Shown here one piece after another: positions 57,488-64,000 of a DNA stretch of 64,000 bases. The notes below the pieces were generated by a model that was not told the origin of the DNA, made no database searches, and was given only the letters and a program-made list of their open reading frames with translations. How positions within the stretch are numbered: position 1 is the stretch's first letter; each line of letters starts with the position of its first letter. The DNA is from an uncultured Gammaproteobacteria bacterium (lineage in GTDB: Bacteria > Patescibacteriota > Microgenomatia > UBA8517): contig CAZCXV010000002.1 of assembly GCA_964502815.1 (NCBI GenBank), forward strand, positions 22,802 to 86,801, given 5' to 3'. Made by a program: the position numbers and the translations under genes.

Positions 57488-59719
57488 CTATCTCTCAGCA
57501 GTGACCTCAATATTAATATTTTTGGTCACTCTAGGTAAGGCTCCAAGACGTCCAGGAAGTTTAGGAGTTGGCTTAATGACTACTCTCGAGAAGCTGGCAA
57601 TAGAACTTAAGTAATCTTGGGTGAACTTTGGCGACTTGCCAGTAATCTTTTTGGCAACTTCATCAGGGTTAATTGAAGGCAGTAAATTTGCAGAAACTTT
57701 CATTTCAACTTCAATTATTCCACCTTTGTTACTTTTGACTGTAAATTCGTTTTCAATTTGTTCATCCCGTAAGACAAAGCCATCTGGCACACTTTCCGCA
57801 AGTAAAGACTTTGATAGCTTAAGCAAATCCTCTTTGGACACTACTGGGGCAGAAGCGTTGCCTTTTAGGGTTAATTTTAAATCCTTAGCTTCATCCCCAA
57901 CTTTGTGGTTGAAGTCCTTTTGGTCAGTGGCGACAGAAGTTGCATCACCAATAATAATTTGACTGTCTTCCAAAGTTTCGTTTATGGCTGATTTACCTTT
58001 TTCTTCCAGCTCCTTGGTTACTTTTTCTTCCAAGCTTTCCCTGTCATCAGCAGAAACTGCCTGAATGTCTCTACTTGAGCCCCCACTAAAGGCACTGTCG
58101 GCAACACCGTCCACTTCGCTCTTTGGGTAATTTCCCACCTTAAATGATTCTCCTTTTGCCAAATTTGATTCCGATCCAATTGCTTCGGCAATAGCTTCAA
58201 CAGTTGTCATCCCGGGGCTGGTAGGCGAAGTTGCCGCCGATATAGACGCGGATTGGAGAGGGATAAATTTCAAGTTACTACTACTCAAAAGAACTGTTGT
58301 TGCAGTTAATTTTACAGGAGTTGCAGTCCCGTTTCTAACTTGGACCTTTCCTTTGGCTTTTTCACCAACAGTTTTGGTACCAGTAGCTATTACCTCGCCT
58401 TGGGCAGACACTTCTTTAGTAACCATTTTTCCAGTTAAAGTGTTTGAACCAGTTGCAGACCCAGATCCAGTATTAATAAAAACGTTTTGTGTCTTTGAAA
58501 TCTCTTTTGGTGAAACATAGATAATAACCTCGGCCTTTGGCAAAAACCACCAGGCGGCAAATAGGCCAACAAATAAAATAACTAAGGCAAGAGCTCCAAA
58601 TTTAAAAGGTTTGTCATTAGCCATTAAACTATCCAAATGAGTTGGCCCACTCATGGCTTTAAGAGCCACTTTCGGTAATTTTAATTCAGACTTATTTTTA
58701 AGCTTTCTCAATAATCTTCCTAGAAAAACCAGGGGGGTAAACTTTTTTACTTGGTGAACAGATTCTTCTTTGTGAATGGCAAACTCTGAAGGTTGATTAT
58801 GACTATATAAATCTTTGGTTTGTGGTCTATCCTCAAAATTATCTCCAATATCTTGACCAAGAGAAAAACCCAGCTCACGAGGATCCACTGTTTGGCTTTC
58901 AAGATTGGCTGCCTCTTTAGGAATACTTTCAGTTTCCTTAAATGTTGGCAAACTTTGACCAATCTGTTTTTTAACCAATCCTTGTACGCTTTGAGCTCCG
59001 GCAATTTCAGATGCTCCTGCAAGACTGACCGCAACTATTTTTTCTTCTGGATCAATCATTTCAATTTTTGGCGTATGCAGAAACTTCACTTTTTCATTAC
59101 CTGTCCAATCTGCTTGCGAAAGCGCATCTCTACCAAACTCCAATTCACTAATTTTTCCATCGTAGACAATAAATCTTGACGGATAATGCTCTTCAACCGG
59201 AAATCTGGTTAATCCTTCGGTTACATCTTCGACCAAAGACAAACTTCTGGCAACACTGACATTGCCGACTAAATTCCCAAGCTTAAACAAAGAGACATCT
59301 AAATATTCCTTTCCAAAACCAATTAATATTCCAGTTAAAGGCGAGCCCTCTTGACTTTTGATATAGTAGGCAAGGGCTTCGGGCAAAACTACAAAACCTG
59401 AAGGTTCGAGAGAAAGTTTGGAACAAACAACTCTAATCTTTTCTAGGTATTCAGGCTTAATGTTGCCCTCTGCCACCCAGGAAGAAGGTATGCCAAAAAC
59501 AACTTTAGACGGTTCTTCTTCGCTTTCAGGAAAATCATTGATTGCGTCAGACAAGGAAGTGTCAACTGACGTAACTAAGTCTTCATCACTTTCCCAATAA
59601 ACAGGTGTTGAGGCAGCAATTATCTTGGCAATTTTTCCATCCTCGCCCTCTTGGGTTGTCCAAATTGAAGCTTGCACCCAGCCTGTTTCAATTGTTAGTG
59701 TCCAGTAATATTCGGGCAT
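57488..59719 (-). CDS. Membrane protein: N-terminal degenerate actin-fold (FtsA/PilM/GspL-like) domain, TM, extracellular baseplate-J-like region
   Basis: N-terminal beta pattern with ILIGFGKEYLDVSLF; TM FGALALVILFVGLFAAWWFLP; KAKGKVQVRN, VEAIAEAIGSESNL, AFSGGSSR. Confidence 0.7.
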   Translation of the reverse strand: MPEYYWTLTIETGWVQASIWTTQEGEDGKIAKIIAASTPVYWESDEDLVTSVDTSLSDAINDFPESEEEPSKVVFGIPSSWVAEGNIKPEYLEKIRVVCSKLSLEPSGFVVLPEALAYYIKSQEGSPLTGILIGFGKEYLDVSLFKLGNLVGNVSVARSLSLVEDVTEGLTRFPVEEHYPSRFIVYDGKISELEFGRDALSQADWTGNEKVKFLHTPKIEMIDPEEKIVAVSLAGASEIAGAQSVQGLVKKQIGQSLPTFKETESIPKEAANLESQTVDPRELGFSLGQDIGDNFEDRPQTKDLYSHNQPSEFAIHKEESVHQVKKFTPLVFLGRLLRKLKNKSELKLPKVALKAMSGPTHLDSLMANDKPFKFGALALVILFVGLFAAWWFLPKAEVIIYVSPKEISKTQNVFINTGSGSATGSNTLTGKMVTKEVSAQGEVIATGTKTVGEKAKGKVQVRNGTATPVKLTATTVLLSSSNLKFIPLQSASISAATSPTSPGMTTVEAIAEAIGSESNLAKGESFKVGNYPKSEVDGVADSAFSGGSSRDIQAVSADDRESLEEKVTKELEEKGKSAINETLEDSQIIIGDATSVATDQKDFNHKVGDEAKDLKLTLKGNASAPVVSKEDLLKLSKSLLAESVPDGFVLRDEQIENEFTVKSNKGGIIEVEMKVSANLLPSINPDEVAKKITGKSPKFTQDYLSSIASFSRVVIKPTPKLPGRLGALPRVTKNINIEVTAER

Positions 59720-61463
59720 ATATTCTTCTGATGCCAGCCGAGGCTGACTCTTCTTTATATATCTTAACACGCCCGTTAATTTCTTTCAGGTTAGTGACAT
59801 GCGGACCACCACAGACTTCTTTTGAAAAAAATTCACCTCGAGGGTCACCTATTGTATAGACTTTTACTTTTTCTCCATACCTTTCACCAAAAAAGGCTAC
59901 TGCACCCTCTTTAATTGCTTCAGCTAAGGTTTTTACTTCGTAAGACACAGGTAGTTCTCTTTTGATTTCTTGGTTAACTAAATCCTCAATTTCTTTTAGC
60001 TGTTCAAGCGTTAACTTTTCAGAGTGGGTAAAATCAAACCTTAACCTTTCAGCTGTGATATTACTGCCTTTTTGAGAAACATGATTTCCAAGTACCCTTC
60101 TTAAAGCTGCATGAATCAGATGTGTTGCAGTATGAAGACTTGTTGTTTCTTTGGAGTGATCTGCAAGTCCCCCTTTAAAAGTTCCGCTAGATGCAGTCCT
60201 AGATATATCTTGGTGTTTGGAAAATTCCTTTTTAAATTCTTCAACATCAACTTCCTGGCCTTTCTCTTGGAAAAGTTCTATCGTTAATTCCAAAGGAAAA
60301 CCATAAGTTTGATATAGATCAAAAGCGATCTTGCCATCAATCTTGGCAATTTTTTCTACCTCTTTCAGGCCTTTTGAAAGCGTGACTAAGAACTTTTTCT
60401 CTTCACTTTTGATGGTATTTATAATCTCAGCTTGCTTCTCAATGAGTTGTTTATAATCCTGGCCGTAAATAGAAATGACTGCCTTGGCTATTGGGCTTAA
60501 AAACTCCTCATGAACTCCAAGTTTTTTTCCAAACCTAGCAGCTCGTCTTATTAATCTTCTTAAGATATAACCTCTTTCTTTGTTTGAAGGAAAAATACCC
60601 TCAGAAATTACAAAAACGGATGCTCTAACGTGATCGGCAACAATCCGGTGCTCTTTTTTGTTGTCCACATATGTCGTATTTGTAACTTCAGCAACCTTTT
60701 TTAGAATATCTCCCCAAACAGAATCAACTTGATAATTGTCGTCAAAACCAGAAAAAACTGCGCAAGTTCTTTCAACTCCCATGCCGGTATCAACATTTTT
60801 TTGCTTTAAAGGTTCAAATTTTCCTTCTGTAGTTTTGTTGTATTGCATAAAAACATTATTCCAAATTTCAAAAAACCTTCCACAGCCGTCTCCAGGTTTG
60901 CAACCTGATCCATGGGGAACTCCAGTTGCATCGTAAAAGATTTCTGAGTCCGGGCCACAAGGCCCGGTGTGGCCTGCAGGTCCCCACCAGTTGTCTTTTT
61001 TTGGAAAAAAGTAGATTCTTTCATCAGGGATACCCAATTTCTTCCAAATATTTGCTGATTCTTCATCTTTAGGGGCATCATTATCCCCTTCAAAACAAGT
61101 CACCCAAAGCTTATTTGGATCTGCACCTAATTCACCAACCAAAAACTCATATGACCAAGTTAGAGACTCTTTTTTCCAATAGTCTCCCAAAGACCAATTA
61201 CCTAGCATTTCAAAGAAAGTGTTGTGACTGGTGTCGCCCACCTCATCAATATCGTCAGTCCTGAGGCAAAGTTGGTTATCAACAATCCTTTTTCCCCCAG
61301 GATGAACTTCTCCTAAAAGATATGGAACCAGGGGATGCATGCCTGCAGTAGTAAACAAGACTGTAGGGTCATTTTCTGGCACCAAAGAAGCAGAAGGGAT
61401 AATGGTGTGTCCCTTTTTTTTAAAATAATTAAGATATTTTTCAATTAATTCACGTCTATTCAT
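59688..61463 (-). CDS. alaS: Alanine--tRNA ligase (short form)
   Basis: LFTTAGM, FFEMLGNWS, EIWNNVF, DTGMGVER, editing HTATH...CGGPH. Confidence 0.97.
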   Translation of the reverse strand: MNRRELIEKYLNYFKKKGHTIIPSASLVPENDPTVLFTTAGMHPLVPYLLGEVHPGGKRIVDNQLCLRTDDIDEVGDTSHNTFFEMLGNWSLGDYWKKESLTWSYEFLVGELGADPNKLWVTCFEGDNDAPKDEESANIWKKLGIPDERIYFFPKKDNWWGPAGHTGPCGPDSEIFYDATGVPHGSGCKPGDGCGRFFEIWNNVFMQYNKTTEGKFEPLKQKNVDTGMGVERTCAVFSGFDDNYQVDSVWGDILKKVAEVTNTTYVDNKKEHRIVADHVRASVFVISEGIFPSNKERGYILRRLIRRAARFGKKLGVHEEFLSPIAKAVISIYGQDYKQLIEKQAEIINTIKSEEKKFLVTLSKGLKEVEKIAKIDGKIAFDLYQTYGFPLELTIELFQEKGQEVDVEEFKKEFSKHQDISRTASSGTFKGGLADHSKETTSLHTATHLIHAALRRVLGNHVSQKGSNITAERLRFDFTHSEKLTLEQLKEIEDLVNQEIKRELPVSYEVKTLAEAIKEGAVAFFGERYGEKVKVYTIGDPRGEFFSKEVCGGPHVTNLKEINGRVKIYKEESASAGIRRIYARILLDTNN

Positions 61464-61519
61464 GCCTTGAATTATACCTCACCTTGTTTTTTTGTGCATT
61501 TTTGGTATTATCTACATCA

Positions 61520-61771
61520 ATGAAAGAAACAGATATTAGGGATATCTCCAAAGATAGATTCGATGTATGTAGTCGTTGTACTCTTAAAAAGAGTACAATA
61601 TCCCTTGCACTTAACGAAATCCCAAATCTAAGTGAAACACATGCAGTCTCAAATAGTTGTAAACTCAATGGAGAAGGACAATCAATGGCAACTGTAATTG
61701 TTTATTCCAATTTGGGCAAGAAGCAAGTCATTGTAGACACTTCTGGTAATTGCGAAAACTTTAATTCCTAG
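61520..61771 (+). CDS. Small hypothetical protein with four Cys
   Basis: 83 aa from ATG 61520 with TGgTATTAT 8 nt upstream; CSRC...C...C. Confidence 0.45.
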   Translation: MKETDIRDISKDRFDVCSRCTLKKSTISLALNEIPNLSETHAVSNSCKLNGEGQSMATVIVYSNLGKKQVIVDTSGNCENFNS

Positions 61772-62010
61772 ATTCTATTCTCTCCATGGGAGCTGACATC
61801 TTTGCCTTTTCTAAACATTGAAAGAATCCCGGTTAGTTTTTCTGGCCTAATAAGTCCTCCACCAAGGATTGCGTCCTCAAGGATTGAGTTTAGTCTTTTT
61901 ATTGATTTTCTTAGATCAATTATTACCATCACAATCTGCACTCCAACAATAGCCAGAAGCCCGGTAAGGGAGACTACTACAATTACAAGTAAAGTTTGTA
62001 TACCATCCAT
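61768..62010 (-). CDS. Small single-TM protein
   Basis: 80 aa; hydrophobic N-terminal helix then an amphipathic region; operon-like spacing after the RodZ-like gene. Confidence 0.7.
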   Translation of the reverse strand: MDGIQTLLVIVVVSLTGLLAIVGVQIVMVIIDLRKSIKRLNSILEDAILGGGLIRPEKLTGILSMFRKGKDVSSHGENRI

Positions 62011-62012
62011 AA

Positions 62013-62642
62013 TTAGTTTTTCAATTGTACGGTAATAACCCGCACAATGGTAGTTTCTTTTCCACTTCTTGACCTTGCAACTATCTCAATTTTTTGGGTG
62101 TCTTGATTTACCTCAATTTCGGTTGTAAATTTGCCGTCATCTGTCACCAATGCCTGCTGATTATTTATTTTAATTGTTGCTCCAGGATCAGTTTTTCCCT
62201 CCACCTGCAAATTACCAATATTAACAACCTGAGCTTCACCAGGTTTTATTACTTCTAACTTTGGAGAACTTGTAAAGCCAATATATTGCATTACCAAATA
62301 GCCTAGAATTGCCAGTAAAATAATTGTTGTCCCGGTTATAAAAGTCAATCTTGGCGTCCAAACAAATTTATTTTCTACATCGGGCTTTGGGGTAAGTGAA
62401 AGTTTCGTTGGTGGATAATCTCTTCTCAAAAAAGCCAGAGCTTGGTCAGAACTTAACTCCAGAGAATCGGCAACTGATCTTACAAAACCCCTGACTACAG
62501 GGTACTCGGGCAGAGTTTGCCAATCTTCACTTTCCAAGGCCTGCAAAAAATCTTTTTTAATTTTTGTCAATCCTTCCAAATGCGCTTTGGAATATGATTT
62601 TTTCATTCTTGCCTCTTTAAGAAGCTGACCTATTGTTACCAT
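62013..62642 (-). CDS. RodZ-like HTH membrane protein with Ig-like C-terminus
   Basis: TIGQLLKEAR...ALE....LP....RGFVRS HTH, TM, beta-rich C-terminus; downstream of ftsK. Confidence 0.8.
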   Translation of the reverse strand: MVTIGQLLKEARMKKSYSKAHLEGLTKIKKDFLQALESEDWQTLPEYPVVRGFVRSVADSLELSSDQALAFLRRDYPPTKLSLTPKPDVENKFVWTPRLTFITGTTIILLAILGYLVMQYIGFTSSPKLEVIKPGEAQVVNIGNLQVEGKTDPGATIKINNQQALVTDDGKFTTEIEVNQDTQKIEIVARSRSGKETTIVRVITVQLKN

Positions 62643-62650
62643 AATTCTTT

Positions 62651-64000
62651 TTAACCAGAAGACTGACCAACCAGATAGTTCTGAGCATTTTCCATAATTA
62701 CATCTCTTGGCTTAGCGCCATCTGATGGCCCAACAATCCCCGCCGCTTCCAGTTGATCAATAAGTCTGGCGGCTCTAGCGTAACCAACAGAAAGTCTTCT
62801 TTGAAGGAGGGATGCCGAGGCCTTGCCGCTTTGGGCAACGATTCTGACTGCCTCACCAAAACTTTCGTCGGCATTACCTTCCACGCCAGTTACCGGATTA
62901 CTGCCAGGTTTTGGCATAGAAACCACCTCTTCGGTGTATTGTGGATTTACCCCCTGGTTTTTAATAAACGAGATCAAATTAATAACATCACGATCTGAGA
63001 TATATGCTCCCTGAATACGCGTTGGCTTGGCAGCTTCTGGAGGAAGATATAACATATCCCCTTTACCCAAGAGTTTTTCGGCTCCTTGGGTATCAAGAAT
63101 AACTCTTGAGTCAATTAAAGATGCAACCGCAAAAGCAATACGCGAGGGGATATTTGCCTTAATGAGACCCGTAATTACATTAACCGAAGGCCTTTGAGTA
63201 GCAAGAACCATATGAATTCCCGTTGCCCGAGACATCTGGGCAATTCTAGTTATCGCATCTTCCACTTCAACTGGAGAAAGCAGCATTATATCTGCAAGTT
63301 CGTCTATAACAACCACTATATAGGGCATTGCCTGAAAGCCACTCATCTCATTATAAGAGGCTATATTTCTTGCCCCCACTTGAGCAAACAACTTATATCT
63401 TCTGTCCATTTCGGCCATTACCCAACGAAGAGCTGAAATAACTTTCTCGGCTTCAACAATGACGGGGGTCAAAAGGTGAGGAATGTTATTGTAGCCAGTT
63501 AGCTCCACCCTTTTTGGATCCACCAAAATTAACTTTACCTCAGAAGGCGAGGCTCGAAATAGTAGAGATGACAGGAAAGTATTTATGGCAACCGACTTAC
63601 CAGATCCAGTTTGGCCGGCAATAAGGACATGTGGCATTTTAGCAAGGTCGCCCACAACCGGCTTGCCACCAACATCAAGCCCTAAAGCAACAGATAATTT
63701 GGAAGGACTGTTGTGCATCGCTTCTGACTCCAAGATTTTCTTTAGAGGAACAAACTCTGGAGCCCGGTTGGGAAGTTCAATACCCACTAAGCTTCTGCCT
63801 GGAATTGGGGCTTCGATACGAATCGTTCCCGTAGAAGCCGCCAAGGCAAGCGCCATATCCCGGTCGAGACCGGTAATTTTTGAGAGTTTGGTTCCTAAAG
63901 CTACTTCCAAGGCGTATTGGGTAACTGCAGGACCAAGATTTACTTCAACTACGCGGGCTGTAACGCCAAAAGATTCCAAGGTCTGCTCAATAATAGCCGC
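62651..64000 (-). CDS. ftsK: DNA translocase FtsK (partial, 5' end outside the window)
   Basis: PHVLIAGQTGSGKS, DPKRVEL, IDELAD, ATQRPS, gamma domain LLQRRLSVGYARAA. Confidence 0.97.
   Translation of the reverse strand, partial: AAIIEQTLESFGVTARVVEVNLGPAVTQYALEVALGTKLSKITGLDRDMALALAASTGTIRIEAPIPGRSLVGIELPNRAPEFVPLKKILESEAMHNSPSKLSVALGLDVGGKPVVGDLAKMPHVLIAGQTGSGKSVAINTFLSSLLFRASPSEVKLILVDPKRVELTGYNNIPHLLTPVIVEAEKVISALRWVMAEMDRRYKLFAQVGARNIASYNEMSGFQAMPYIVVVIDELADIMLLSPVEVEDAITRIAQMSRATGIHMVLATQRPSVNVITGLIKANIPSRIAFAVASLIDSRVILDTQGAEKLLGKGDMLYLPPEAAKPTRIQGAYISDRDVINLISFIKNQGVNPQYTEEVVSMPKPGSNPVTGVEGNADESFGEAVRIVAQSGKASASLLQRRLSVGYARAARLIDQLEAAGIVGPSDGAKPRDVIMENAQNYLVGQSSG

Noticed and set aside
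57488-58500. Prophage or contractile injection system suggested by the baseplate-J-like domain
   Set aside because: No tail, capsid, terminase or integrase genes in the window; the domain is part of a membrane protein in a housekeeping context
752-63436. Numerous 60-220 aa ORFs antisense to or out of frame within core genes (e.g. 8775-9194, 27691-28167, 44599-45255)
   Set aside because: They are shadow ORFs of well-supported genes, with no motifs or initiation signals
1-64000. CRISPR arrays, IS elements, rRNA, introns/inteins and stop-codon reassignment
   Set aside because: No repeat-spacer arrays, transposases or rRNA were seen; recA, rpoB, rpoC and fusA are uninterrupted; TGA acts as a stop (e.g. 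rpmJ, nth), consistent with code 11

Overview
This is core chromosome of a small-genome bacterium, most likely Patescibacteria/CPR of the Microgenomates type. That assignment is an inference from several features: no rpmD (L30), rpoBC not preceded by rplK/A/J/L, an AlaRS lacking its C-Ala domain, a compact RNase P RNA and a membrane protein with a baseplate-J-like domain. Most genes lie on the minus strand. In transcription order they are ftsK, a RodZ-like gene, alaS, the baseplate-J-like gene, a 1424-aa orphan, sortase, ruvX, mltG, rpoBC, the str/S10/spc/alpha ribosomal cluster, tRNA-Pro, recA, recX, rny, HU, an ABC-2 transporter, miaA and dtd. rnpB and nth are on the plus strand. Accessory genes interrupt the ribosomal cluster at five points: three overlapping membrane microproteins, a CaiB/GNAT/YecM/orphan block, a single orphan, a type II R-M system, and an orphan plus a degenerate 2-hydroxyacid dehydrogenase. 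The most notable signals are: (1) EF-G with altered G4 (NKLN) and G5 (GGDNR) motifs; (2) a 29-bp palindrome between the divergent secY and MTase promoters; (3) tsaC with no canonical in-frame start, only an ATA at the leaderless position; (4) many -10 boxes 5-8 nt before ATG; and (5) terminator-like hairpins in the rpoB, fusA, tuf and rplC leaders. All family calls come from reading motifs by eye; no database searches were run.
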